This document shows, one piece after another, positions 1 to 13,386 of a stretch of 64,000 bases of DNA. Position 1 is the stretch's first letter. Each line of letters opens with the position of its first letter. The notes below the pieces were generated by a model. That model saw nothing but the letters and a program-made list of their open reading frames with translations, was not told the DNA's origin and did no database searches. The position numbers and the translations under genes are program-made. This stretch comes from Octopus bimaculoides (taxonomy: Eukaryota): NCBI RefSeq assembly GCF_001194135.2, contig NC_068991.1:15073173-15137172 (forward strand). The letters are read 5' to 3'.

Positions 1-3000
1 GGGTTTTCTCAACAAGGTTCTCGGGAGTTTTAATACGACTCAACGCAGCAGTCCAACCTTTGGAGTAAAGAAGAAAATATACCGCATGAGAAAAAAAACA
101 TAATTAATTACAATCAGAGATAAGCTAAAAATGTAAGCACACACACAAGTATATTATATGACAGCTGAGGGTGGGAGTTTCCTGTTTATGTAGCATGCTT
201 TGTGGCTCATTGTTCTTTTTGTTGTCACCATCCCATAAGTTATTTTTCCACACTTTTTTTATTGATCTCATCCTAATTGCAGCAATTTTCATTGAGTTTT
301 ATGTGCAAAGTATGCACAGGTATCATAATTTACTTGCGGTAAGTACCAGTTTTCTATGTGGGTGTTTAGGAAGATTTAATAACAGATGTGAGGTATAAAT
401 GTATACACGTGATAAATATACAAACGAGAGTGTTACCCATCATATGACAAGTAACTTTGGAAGTATACTTTTGTGACCACAGATAACATCAGGAAATATA
501 ACCTACATACAATAATTATTATTTAGTTTATAGCATTTTCTTTGGTGTTTATACAAAATGTTAAAATTTATACTAATTTTCACCAGAAAAGTATTTATTG
601 CCTTAAAATGAAATTAAGTAAAACAAAGGTGCAGACATGGCTATTAGCCACAGGCACAGCTACTAGGAACAGAAATGGGTGTGTATCTGTGGAGCATGTG
701 GTCTCAGGTTCAGTCCCACAATATAGTACCTGGCTCCAGGCCAACCAAAACCTTGTTCTGCAAATTTGGGGGATGGAAACTGAAAGAAGCCCACTACATG
801 TGGGGGATGGGGGAGACTTTGTCTTGACATTACATGATGGCTGTAAATGTGTGCCACTATCATACAGGAGTTATTCATTTCCAGTCTCCTGCGGAAATTG
901 TGCCTGGCCACAGAAAACCTTGCTTGGAAACAAGAGAGGTTTGGGAGAAGACATCTAACTAGAGAAAATCTACCTCAATAAATTCCATCTGACCCGTATT
1001 TAAGTACAGAAAAGTCATAGTGTCTGTGATATGCATCCATTAGTGGCTGAGTGGATAAGATGACATTGCTTTTCTTTGTTACAAAATAAAAATTCCTCCT
1101 TTGAATCCATTCTGACTATCCAGAAATTAGACAACTGATAACAATCAGAAATCAATCAAACCAAACAAAGCTTAGTCTAAATATAAATATGAACCCCTGT
1201 GATGCCAACACACCTGAGACCACTCTGATTCTGTGATACAAACTTTCTTTAGCATTTAAACTGGCCATATCCAATCCAAATATTCTACCTGTTTTATGCT
1301 CAATTTGGCCAGATTTGGTCTCTTACATCTACTCGACAATGTCATACTAAAAATATACAATCGCATCATCAAAATCTCAAAGCTATGAGATAATGTATGG
1401 CTAATTCAAAACAATGAGAATAAATAATCATTACGTCTGGCAGAATAATTTGAATGCTAAATGGTTATAGTGATCGAAATCAAAAACTTTCACCAAAATT
1501 TTCAAGTTAATTTATGCTCCAATAGCATGTGAGTGGATTTAGTAGAAAGAAACTGAAATAAGCCATGCATGTATGTATGCATATATGTCTGTATAGACAG
1601 ACATGTGCGTGTGTTTGTGTGTTCCTTGTCTTGACATTGCATGAAAGTCGTAAATGAGTGTCACTGTGATACAAGCAGTGTCGCTTGTTTCCAATAGTTA
1701 TTTTAGTAAATTCTTCATTATTTTCTAAATTAATTGAAACAAAGGCAATGTATTAGAAAATCACTATTTTTAAATCTCACAACATGAGATATTCAGCAAC
1801 AGTACTTTGTAGTAAAAATTGTTTGCCAACATAACACGGCAGTCCTGGTTTAGGACTAATGTTGCTGTAATTTAGCCCCAGGAGACATCATCTCCAGTTG
1901 GCTATATGACACGATCTGTGTCCTTATATCCTTGTATTTTAGAATGAGGAAATCTAGCACCACCACCACCACCCCACCCCACCCAGCTCGAAACTATCTG
2001 TATATTGCTTGAAAACAGGTGAGGGTTGGCAACTGGAGAGCATCCAGCTATTGAAAATCTGAGCTGATACACCATCCGATTCATGCAAGCACGGAAAGGT
2101 GGACATTATAACAAAGATGACGATGATAGCACATAAAAAAACCATATTACTGAACAAGTTCATCTCTTTTTAAAGACAGAAAGGTGCTATTTGAGGTGAA
2201 TAATTTTGCTGCCATTTCATACAGGTCAAGTAACTATAGAGAGACTTTCTCACTCAAGATACACTATTACAATTAACAAAACAGCAGAAGATGATGCGAC
2301 AGAAAATTTGTCATGCAATGAGTAATATGGTGTCCGAAATCTTATATAAACATCCCTGTTGTATTTTCAGCTTCAAATTTTGGCTAACATCTAAGTTATT
2401 ACATTAAAATCTTTGCAGTTAATTCTCAACTTGTCAAACTTGTCTAGATCCTGGTAAAACTAACTATATGACTGGCAATCATACTATTCATAACTCGCCA
2501 GACTTATCAACAATCAAGAGAAAACCAGCCCTATTGCTGGCTACGATGCTATTCTTAACTTGCTAAACTTGGCTATAATTTTAATGTCTCTAGCCCTAGA
2601 GCTGACTACCATGCAATTCAGTTTACCAACATGAAATGAGATTACAGTCTCCTGACACTGCTGGTTGATTTAGGAAATAACACTTTACATAACGGGAACA
2701 CAAATGATTCAAATTAATTAATTAAGTCAACCATCAGAGAGATTAGTAGTTTATGCAAGAACTATTGCACTTTGAGGTCTAATCGTAAAAACATAACCAA
2801 TAATTTAAAGAGACATATCAAATTTTCATCATCATCATCAGTTAAAATCCACTTTCCATGTTGGCATGGAATGGATGGTTCTTTTTCCAAATCTAAAGGG
2901 TCCAAGAACTACATCATGCCCCAGTATCTGCTTTGGAACAGTTTCTACTGCTGGATGCCCTTCCTAATACCAACCACTTTACAGTGTGTGCTGGCTGCTT

Positions 3001-4513
3001 TTCTCTTGCCACTGGCACGAGTGAAGACATCAGGTAGTTCGCGAGACTATGAAACCCAAGGTCTGGGGGGGGGGTTAGATTAGGAGACGAAAGGTTAAGG
3101 TATGAGAGAAAGGGTTGGAACGGACCAGGTTCTCGCTACATGGCTACACACACATTTAGGAGTAAGAATGAATCAGTAGTAGCTGCAAAGAGATAAATAG
3201 TGGCAATACCATGGCAGGTGACACCTNNNNNNNNNNNNNNNNNNNNNNNNNNNNNNNNNNNNNNNNNNNNNNNNNNNNNNNNNNNNNNNNNNNNNNNNNN
3301 NNNNNNNNNNNNNNNNNNNNNNNNNNNNNNNNNNNNNNNNNNNNNNNNNNNNNNNNNNNNNNNNNNNNNNNNNNNNNNNNNNNNNNNNNNNNNNNNNNNN
3401 NNNNNNNNNNNNNNNNNNNNNNNNNNNNNNNNNNNNNNNNNNNNNNNNNNNNNNNNNNNNNNNNNNNNNNNNNNNNNNNNNNNNNNNNNNNNNNNNNNNN
3501 NNNNNNNNNNNNNNNNNNNNNNNNNNNNNNNNNNNNNNNNNNNNNNNNNNNNNNNNNNNNNNNNNNNNNNNNNNNNNNNNNNNNNNNNNNNNNNNNNNNN
3601 NNNNNNNNNNNNNNNNNNNNNNNNNNNNNNNNNNNNNNNNNNNNNNNNNNNNNNNNNNNNNNNNNNNNNNNNNNNNNNNNNNNNNNNNNNNNNNNNNNNN
3701 NNNNNNNNNNNNNNNNNNNNNNNNNNNNNNNNNNNNNNNNNNNNNNNNNNNNNNNNNNNNNNNNNNNNNNNNNNNNNNNNNNNNNNNNNNNNNNNNNNNN
3801 NNNNNNNNNNNNNNNNNNNNNNNNNNNNNNNNNNNNNNNNNTATATATATATATATGTATGTATGTATGTATATATAAACAAATTAGAGCAAAGGGAAAG
3901 TTTCAATATTGTTAAATTTCACCAAAAACTTCAAAAGCAAATAGATTTTTAAATAAATGCGAAACCAACAACTTTTACACACACACGCCCCTATTTTGAA
4001 TTTTTTAGGCATTTCTTTACAGTATTTTTAAATATGTGAAATTGGAGATGATATAAAAACACTATCATTAAGAGTGGTATTGAACGAGATGAAAATTTAT
4101 TTATATTTTTAAAATGAAATTTTTAAAAAAAAAAATTGGAGTTCTATATCTTCTGCATGAAAAATATATTTAAATAACAAAAAAAAAAAACCATGCTCAG
4201 AAACAGAATTTTTACAATGATATAAATAATAAATATAACAAGTACAATAATAATGATAATAAAATCAAGATAACATCAATGCTTCTATTATTAGTAGTGG
4301 TAGTAGCTGTGACAGCAATCATTCTGACAGACGTCAACTTTCTCACAAGTGTTCATTCATATATATGCACATGTATATACATACATATGAAAACATGTAT
4401 ACATATGTATATACATATACATATAAGTATGTATTTGTACGCACATCTAAGTACAGGCATAAATGCATATATACATGTGTATACATAAGTACATATGCAT
4501 ACATATATGCATA

Positions 4514-4565
<52 letters not shown>

Positions 4566-5150
4566 NNNNNNNNNNNNNNNNNNNNNNNNNNNNNNNNNNN
4601 NNNNNNNNNNNNNNNNNNNNNNNNNNNNNNNNNNNNNNNNNNNNNNNNNNNNNNNNNNNNNNNNNNNNNNNNNNNNNNNNNNNNNNNNNNNNNNNNNNNN
4701 NNNNNNNNNNNNNNNNNNNNNNNNNNNNNNNNNNNNNNNNNNNNNNNNNNNNNNNNNNNNNNNNNNNNNNNNNNNNNNNNNNNNNNNNNNNNNNNNNNNN
4801 NNNNNNNNNNNNNNNNNNNNNNNNNNNNNNNNNNNNNNNNNNNNNNNNNNNNNNNNNNNNNNNNNNNNNNNNNNNNNNNNNNNNNNNNNNNNNNNNNNNN
4901 NNNNNNNNNNNNNNNNNNNNNNNNNNNNNNNNNNNNNNNNNNNNNNNNNNNNNNNNNNNNNNNNNNNNNNNNNNNNNNNNNNNNNNNNNNNNNNNNNNNN
5001 NNNNNNNNNNNNNNNNNNNNNNNNNNNNNNNNNNNNNNNNNNNNNNNNNNNNNNNNNNNNNNNNNNNNNNNNNNNNNNNNNNNNNNNNNNNNNNNNNNNN
5101 NNNNNNNNNNNNNNNNNNNNNNNNNNNNNNNNNNNNNNNNNNNNNNNNTA

Positions 5151-5334
5151 TTCTTTTACTTGTTTCAGTCATTTGACTGCAGCCATGCTGGAGCGCCACC
5201 TTTAGGCAAGCAAATCGACCCCAGGACTTATTCTTTGCAAGCCTAGTACTTATTCTATCAGTTTCTTTTGCCGAACCGCTAAGTTACAGGGATGTAAATA
5301 CACCAGTATCGGTTGTCAAGTGACGTTGGAGGGA

Positions 5335-5378
<44 letters not shown>

Positions 5379-5475
5379 TGATGGGCTTCTGTCAGTTTCT
5401 GTCTACCAAATCCACTCACAAAGCTTTGGTCAGCCCAAGGTGCCATGAAGTGGGACTGAACCCAGAACCATGTGG
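5151..5475 (-). mobile_element. tRNA-derived SINE family 1 (internal microsatellite), partial
   Basis: Reverse complement of the family 3' end (...CCAGCATGGCTGCAGTCAAATGACTGAAAC...) with an internal (CA)n. Confidence 0.85.
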
Positions 5476-5990
5476 AAACAGATATGGGCTGGTGACAGAT
5501 AGGGCATCTGGCAAAAGAAAATTTGCCTCAAACTCTGTCCGACTCATGCAAGCATGGAAAAGTGGATGTTAAAATGATGATAATGGCTAATGATGTGTTG
5601 GCTTTCTCAAAGACAAAAAACAGTTTTCATGTTTCATAGGCTTTTGTATTTTTCCATGATTCTTTACTAAATATTTTTGTAACCTTACCGTGGATACTTC
5701 ATTATACCAGTTGTGCATTCACATTGTATTCAATTTATTTTAAATGCAGTCAATATTTTCCCCGATTTTTTTTTTTTTTTTTTGGTTAATTCATTTAGGA
5801 ACTAAAAATATTATAGTTAGAGTATTGCTGCCCATTCCCTTATTTTTTTGTATAAAGCTCTGCTTTATTATTGCAAATTTCTAGTATCTTGAACCAATTT
5901 AAATGGACAACATAATGTACGTACGTACGTATGTATGTATGTATGTATGTATGTATTTTATAAATATGTGTTATAGTTAAACAAACTATA

Positions 5991-6586
5991 GGCGCAGGAG
6001 TGGCTGTGTGGTAAGTAGCTTGCTTACCAACCACATGGTTCCAGGTTCATTCCCACTGAGTGGCACCTTGGGCAAGTGTCTTCTACTATAGCTTTGGGCC
6101 GACCAAAGCCTTGTGAGTGGATTTGGTAGACGGAAACTGAAAGAAGCCCGTCGTATATATGTATATATATATATATATATATATNNNNNNNNNNNNNNNN
6201 NNNNNNNNNNNNNNNNNNNNNNNNNNNNNNNNNNNNNNNNNNNNNNNNNNNNNNNNNNNNNNNNNNNNNNNNNNNNNNNNNNNNNNNNNNNNNNNNNNNN
6301 NNNNNNNNNNNNNNNNNNNNNNNNNNNNNNNNNNNNNNNNNNNNNNNNNNNNNNNNNNNNNNNNNNNNNNNNNNNNNNNNNNNNNNNNNNNNNNNNNNNN
6401 NNNNNNNNNNNNNNNNNNNNNNNNNNNNNNNNNNNNNNNNNNNNNNNNNNNNNNNNNNNNNNNNNNNNNNNNNNNNNNNNNNNNNNNNNNNNNNGGCTTC
6501 CAAAGAATAAGTTCTGGGGTCGATTTGCTCGACTAAAAGCAGTGCTCCAGCATGGCTGCAGTCAAATGACTGAAACAAGTAAAAGG
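5991..6586 (+). mobile_element. tRNA-derived SINE family 1 (gap inside)
   Basis: Head GGCGCAGGAGTGGCTGTGTGGTAAGTAGC...GGTTCATTCCC, then (TA)n and a gap, then the family 3' end. Confidence 0.88.
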
Positions 6587-6985
6587 AAAAAAAAAACAAA
6601 AAAAAAACTAGCTATATCATTAGCTGATGATCCTGCAGATATTTACTTATGTAAATTTTAATAGGTGAAACCATGGTACGTAGGTTAATCATTTTTTTTT
6701 CTATTTAGTTTTTTTCATTTGTCTTGCCCTTTTACAGTCTGTTGTGTCGCTAATTTTTTACTGAGAACATATTTTTTCGTGGTTAGATGATTCGGCATCT
6801 ATTTCTAGCATATAGGAATCCACTTTTGCTGGTCATTCCTCTTATTTTTGTACATCATTAATGACATAGAAAGAGAGATACTCAAATGTAAAAATGAAGA
6901 GTGATTCCATTAGCAATTTTTTCCACCATTAACATGCCACAGTTTCACAAGCCTACTTCGAAATTGTTACAACAGAAATATTCTT

Positions 6986-7038
<53 letters not shown>

Positions 7039-7898
7039 CACACACATTACATATACACACACAGGGAGAGAGAGAGAGAGAGAGAGACAGACGTATACAT
7101 ATAAATACATGCAGAATTTAAAATTATCAGACAATGAAATTAAAACACAAATATATATAATCAAGAAGATAATAAAAATTCATTTGTAAATTTTAAAAAT
7201 TTAAGGTTTATATATATATATATGTAGAATATGTAATAAAATTTGTATATATAAGTTCATGGATTAGAAAAGAAAAAAACATAGCAAGCAAACAGATTAT
7301 TAAATTTTTTTTTTATATGTCTTTTTTTATATTTAACCTTCAAACAATATCTACAGTATTGTCAGATATCTAAAACTTGCAATAAATCTATATTATTTAG
7401 GTTTTGGAAGTCCACGCACTATACACCGTACACACATACTAAGATGTACACACACGCATACATACATCTTAGTAGCCCACAGATTGCTGGACTCAGCTGG
7501 GTTCTCGTTTCCAGTCAGGGAGCCTCCTATTTCTCCACTATTTCAATACAAGCAGATACATTTCAGTTTTAGAATTGGTCCAAACAAATTTCAGTTTTTA
7601 AAAGAAAATAATAAATTATGGTAATGAGAATAGTAATAAATTATAAATGTTAATTTATAATTGAAAAAAAAAAAATACAAGTGACTATAAATTTAAATAT
7701 GCTTCAATTGTATTTCATAATTCTAAAGAAATTTTTCTGTTCTTTCAATGAAGAAGCATTTCTGTCTGGATATTATATATAATACACAAGCATGCACACT
7801 CGCTTCTTAACCACGTGGTTTCAAGTTCAGTCCCATGGGTGTCTTCTAATGTAGCCCAGTTAATGGAAACTGCAAGAAACCTGTCATACATGTATGGA

Positions 7899-8004
<106 letters not shown>

Positions 8005-8454
8005 TGTCTGTCTGTCTCTGAATGTGAACTTGCAACTGTGCTTAAAATCTTAAATTCCCACAATTGTCTCTAGTTGAGTGAAACAGTGGCACTATCAAGA
8101 TTCCTTGTTGAGATCATGACCAGCCATTGTGGTCTTTCAAAGACCACTGGAATAAAAGGAAAAAATATCCCACACTTGAAAGACAGGTAAAGGATTAGGG
8201 ACACAGCAACTGGACATAAAATCCTGCCTTGAATGGCGAGATGGTAAAAAAAAGGACATTTAACAAATAAATATATGAAAATATGTCCAGCCATGGGGAG
8301 AATATTGCCCTGCTTGAAAACAGGTGAATGCTAGCCACAGGAAGGGCACCCAACCATAGATCACCTTCAAAGAATTCTATGTGATCTATCAAAGTATGGT
8401 AAAGTGGACACTGAACAGATTGATGTATATGCAAATATAGATGGATGGACAGGA

Positions 8455-8686
8455 GTGGTTAGAGTGTCTATGAATATAAACAGTTTCCTCATTGGACTTT
8501 CAGTAAGGATGGTACTTGCCCATCCTCAGGTCTAGGATTATGTCCAGGATGTCAACCTTTGTCAAAACGGGTGGTAACTGTTACGGTTAAGCTGAATTCT
8601 TTGAAGATCTATGTCAGACCTCCTTACACCCTGTGGCATAGCCATTTTATATAACTTGAAACTGCTGAAGTGTCATCCCTATACAG
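8455..8686 (-). mobile_element. Penelope-like retroelement reverse-transcriptase fragment (pseudogenised)
   Basis: Hand translation with frameshifts and stops: LYRDD...LT*IFKEFSLTV...KVDILDIILDLRMGKYHPY*KSNEETVYIHRHSNH, the Penelope RT motif-5 to thumb signature. Confidence 0.8.
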
Positions 8687-10159
8687 AGCTTAACTATGAT
8701 GGGGAAATAACACAATAAGGTCATATAAATATAATATACTAATATTATATTACATATTATATTAATATATTATATCATAATATATAAACATATATTATAT
8801 TACATTATAGTTGTTTTTTTGTACTGAAACTGAAGCTGAGTGTCTCACAACTCAAGTTGCATGTTGCTACAATTTTTAGGCAATACCATATCCTCTACAA
8901 CATATCAAGCACTCCCTTCTCATTCATTCAACACAAAACAAAACAAAACACGTATGTACAAAGAATAATTTGCTTTCTCAGCAGCACTGAAGTTGAAAAC
9001 ATCAGTTATACAAATTATTTTTTATCTTACTTTGCTTCTGGGAGTATTTATGTTTTTTTTTTGTTTTGTTTTGTTTTTTTTACAAAAATTAAAATATCTA
9101 ATAAATACAAAATTATTTTTGTTGGATAAAATAAAACTACAAAATTAAATAAAAACAATTTTCAAATCTTGTTATTTTCATACATTTTCTGGGAGGCGGG
9201 TGGGGGGGGGGCAAGTTAGCTCTGATCAAGCAGACCTCAGACTTACAATCAAAGACTTATCGTGCTATGACCATTTCATATTTTTCTCTAAGCACTTGTG
9301 TTTGTTTGTCACCCCGGACTTCATCAACGAATGCATCCAACTTCTGAAGATACATGATATGATTTGAGGTACACTGAGCTGCTATTTTTAATGGTCAGAA
9401 CTACCACATAGAGGACCTATCATAAAGGGGAGAGATTAAATCCAATAGCAAATGAACCAATATTAGAATTTTAATTATCATTAAAAAGATACAGTTCTAA
9501 TATATTTCCATTTGTGACTCTTTTCAGGCCTTGTGAATAGTTGGCTTTGTTATCATGTTTCTTGACTATGCTTGTAATTTAGTTTACCTCTTGGTTTAGT
9601 TGGTCAGTTGGCTGCTTTGTTTTTTTTGTTGTTCCCCTCCCCCACAAGCATGGTTGTGTGGCTAAGTATTCTTTGCGACAAAATGGTTTCAGGTTCAACT
9701 GTACTGCAACAGCACTTTAAACCTTTTGATACCAATCCGCCTGAGACTGCCCTTGGTTAGTTTTATGATATAAGCTTCATGCTTAAAAGTGATCCCGGTT
9801 ATTAAAAACTCCCCATCAAAATTTCATGTTAATTTATACTCCAAACACCAACTTATAATGGCAATATTATTTTACTAAATTCTTCGTGATTTTCAAAATT
9901 AATTGAAACACAGTGAGTGTTTTCAAACAGAAAAATGGTAACAAAGGGAGTTAAATGTCTTCTACAATAGCTTCGGGTTGGCCAATGCCTTGCGAGTGAG
10001 TCTGGTAGATAGAAATTGTGTGGAAGTCGTGTGTGTGTGTGTGTGTGTGTGTGTGTTCTATTTTTTAATTATTATAAATCTCCCACCGAGGAGGGAGCCA
10101 GTTTGCAACAAAGATACAAGGCTCTATCTTTGGGATGTAGTTAATACAAACAAATTCAC

Positions 10160-10575
10160 ATTTGGAACTTGAGAAAAAGTCTTGCATATTTTTACTGTTC
10201 CACTCAGATTGTACTTGTACGAATAAGCCGGTCGATTTCTCTTTCTGAAAATCCCAGTTTATCCAGATTCTCCTTTAAGCATTTACTAACAAAACCTAGC
10301 GCTCCAATTATTATTGGTATGAATATGTATTCATAGTTTGGATATAGAGGGTGCAGGTTTCGAAGCCGATGTTCAAAGATATCCTCTTTTTCTTTGATTT
10401 TCAAAGAAATATTTATATCTGCAGGGCAGCTGACCTCTATGATGGTACATACTTTTGCCCCTTCTGTCCCAAACAACAATATCCTGCCTGTTATGTTTAC
10501 ATCTGACAGAAGTTTTGATGGAAATATATTCCACCAGTATTCTTTGAGTTGGTGTTTATGAATGTATTCCATAAA
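10160..10575 (-). mobile_element. Decayed 3' fragment of an RLE-type (R4/Dong-like) non-LTR retrotransposon
   Basis: Frameshifted peptide WWN...KHNR(Q)DIVVWD...CTIIEVSCPADINISLKIKEKE...PIIIGALGFVSKCLKENLDKLG...GTVKICKTF, matching a PD-(D/E)xK restriction-like endonuclease C-terminus. Confidence 0.8.
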
Positions 10576-10922
10576 AGAGGGATTTTTAGACAGTCTTTTT
10601 TGCGGATGGCATTGTAAATTTTTTTAGCAATGTATATGACGTGTGTCCGAGTGTTTGCTCTACTGCCACCAACCTGACCGCCAGTGTCAGTTTCTTCAAC
10701 AAAAGTTGAGTAACTTCAGCAAAATAAACCAATACAATAAGAACCAGACTTTGAAAAAGAAAAAGAAGTACTGGGCTCAATTTATTCAGCTAAACCCCCT
10801 CAAAGTTGGATCCCAGCATGGCTGAAGCAAGCACAGATTTAAGATGTAATGCATATTTTTTTTTTGTTTTTGTTTTTTTTGGAGAGTGGGGTATCTGTTA
10901 ATGATAAGAGAAATGCACTTAC

Positions 10923-11107
10923 CTAGGGTGTGTGGAAAATTGTCCAGCAGGAACACCAGATGGTGGGTAATAAACAGAGTTAGTCTTGACAAGGGCGTTC
11001 GCATTAAGACTGCTACTAGGTCCATTTGACAAGGTCTTAGACACTTGGGGACCATTACTACTAGATCCACTACTTGATTGAAGATTATTTAAAGAAGAAA
11101 TTTGCTG

Positions 11108-11161
<54 letters not shown>

Positions 11162-11184
11162 TTGCTGCTGCTGCTGTTGCTGTT

Positions 11185-11215
<31 letters not shown>

Positions 11216-12351
11216 CTGCTGCTGCTGTTGAGTTTTCCTCTGCATTTCATGCAGCTTTTGCATGAGTATTCGCTGGTGGTCTGTCGATATGGGACCAACG
11301 TAGTAGCGATTGTCCAGTGGCTGTCCGCTGGTAGCCTTAGTGATAACGGGACTGCTGCCCTCCTGACCCTGGTTTGAAGAGGCGGAGGCTGCGGCGGCTG
11401 CGGCAGCGACCATCATCGGGAGCTTACCGTAATGCCGGCCATCAATTTGTAGCGAGCCCAGAGATTTGATGGCAACTACAAGGTCATCAATATTATATGT
11501 AAACTGGATGTCGACTTTATGATTTGGGTGAGGGACGCGCAAGGGCGAGTCAATTAATTTCTTCAAATTCTTCTTCATGTAATTTTTGGTATACAACAGC
11601 GACAGGCTGCTGCCAGTCTTAATGGCATCTTCCACAAAAGCGACACAGTGTGTTGTCCTGTCATCCAAGTAGTTCACTTCGTTGGTCAGCTTTACCAAGT
11701 GGTCCTTCTTTTGCCGACAGGCAAAATCTAATTCAGACATAACGTTCTTCAGCCGCCTCATCACCTCTTGGGTTATCTTCTCCCCGAGGCTCTTGATTTC
11801 ATAGACGACGATCTGCTCCCGATCCCGGATGTCTGTGTGTCTCTGTTTGAGAAGTTGCCTAGCTTGCTTTATCTGCCCCTGCTTTTCTTTAGCTTTCATC
11901 AACAGCTGATTAAGAATCTGCTTCTCCTTGTTGGATGCCTCGTGCACAAATAAGTACTTGTGTTCTTTATGTTCAAGAAGCTGGCAGTCTCGGCAGGTTA
12001 CCTTGTCACAGGTTTCACAGAATAACTTAAGGGGTTCCTGCTTGTGCAATTTACAATAGACAGTCTTTTCACTGCTGATGTTCTGATTACGAATTGCCTC
12101 CTCCTTTGTGACCACCGTGTGGTCCTTAGTAACTCGGACTCTTTTGTGCGCTTGCACACATTGCTTGCACAGCCATTCTCCACAGTCTCCACAGAAGGAT
12201 GTAGCTGAGTCACCCTCCTCACATGCAGTACACAAAAAACTGACATCTTCAGTCTCTTCATTAGAATTGATTTTACTCTCCAGGTAGAATTCGTTGTTTA
12301 TGATAGCTGCTCCTGGGAATTCCATGGAACATGTTGGACATTTCAAACAGT
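10923..12351 (-). CDS. TRIM33: TIF1-family TRIM E3 ligase, coding exon B: RING end, B-box1, B-box2, coiled coil, polyA, polyQ
   Basis: Acceptor ttttcAG at 12353-12352. G from exon A plus AC gives GAC (D), then CLKCPTC completes the RING. B-box1 is CTACEEGDSATSFCGDCGEWLCKQCVQAHKRVRVTKDH. B-box2 is CKLHKQEPLKLFCETCDKVTCRDCQLLEHKEH, very close to the TIF1 B-box2 as I recall it. Donor CCTAG|GTAAGT (GT at 10922-10921), phase 2; exon length 1429 nt. Confidence 0.96.
11102..11230 (-). repeat. Coding CAG/CAA poly-glutamine tract (43 codons: 41 Gln, 2 His)
   Basis: Mixed CAA/CAG repeat in frame within exon B, between ACT (T) and ATT (I). Confidence 0.95.
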
Positions 12352-12520
12352 CTGAAAAGACAAAAAAGAAAAAAACTTCAATTAACAAACAAATAATTTT
12401 ATTTATCTAAATTATGTTTATAGATATATGTACAGGATTCAATGAGTATGGCTCTTAAATACACACTAACAGATTAAGAAACTTTTTCACCAACAGATGC
12501 CCTCAGTCCCAATAATAGAT

Positions 12521-12740
12521 ACATCTTCAAAACAGCACAACAGACAGGTAGACCATTACACCATACACAGACATTCACTCGCAATGTTTCTAGGCTATCA
12601 TATCATAGACACATAGAGGAAAATATTCTAACATCTTCAAAATACCACAACGGACAGGTAGACCATTACACCATTCACAGACATTTACTTGCACCGTTTC
12701 TAGGCTATCCATATCATAGAGACATAGACGAAAATATTCA
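12521..12740. repeat. 110-bp direct tandem duplication
   Basis: ACATCTTCAAAA...GGTAGACCATTACACCAT...GAAAATATTC starts at both 12521 and 12631. Confidence 0.9.
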
Positions 12741-13386
12741 AACACAATATTTTAAGTCTTAAATTATTGTAGCACTTTCTTGATGTAAATCTTTCAGTCC
12801 TGTTAGAAATTAGAGATTTTTAAGGAAAACACAAGAACTGCATGAGTTTAGATGACACTTGGTGACAGGGTGTAATGCATGTTGGTATGCAATCAAGAAT
12901 GTGGTCTTTAGTAGTAGCCCTGCTACTGTCACCTGCGCAAATAGATTAAATAAGTTGATTACAAGAAGTTCTTTTATGAAACGAGACTAAACTTTTTATT
13001 TTCTCACTGTGGAGAGAGCTTAGATTTTAGTTTTCAGTCTAAGGCCATAGCACTTCTTGAAGTTCAGTTATGTGTTGCTGAAGACTCCATGACAGCTGTA
13101 GTTACTTAACAATACAGGCACAATTTCAAAGACATGAATATGACAGTGTGGATATGGAGTTGCATAACTACATGGTCCCAAGTTCTGTCTCATTCTGTGG
13201 CACCTCAAGCAAGTGCTTTCCACTGTAGCCTCACACTGAGCAAAACAAATTTTCAAGAAGAGGGAGAATGAAAATGTTTTTTACAAAGAAGTACAAAATG
13301 AAGAAAATAATATATAAAAAAAAATAATATATAAAAAAACCCCATGCTAGCATGGAAAGCGGACGTTAAACAATGATGATGATGAT

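Noticed and set aside
1-57. Possible downstream exon (x)WTAALSRIKTPENLVEKT on the minus strand
   Set aside because: It is open only in phase 1 while exon B ends in phase 2, the acceptor is AAG, it is cut by the window edge, and I recognise no TIF1 similarity.
11074-11377. PolyL, polyA/V and polyS/N ORFs over the polyQ tract
   Set aside because: Antisense or off-frame readings of the CAG/CAA repeat.
12352-12388. ORF-track start MLIEVFFFFVFS for the 489-aa ORF
   Set aside because: This is the intronic polypyrimidine tract; the exon starts at 12351.
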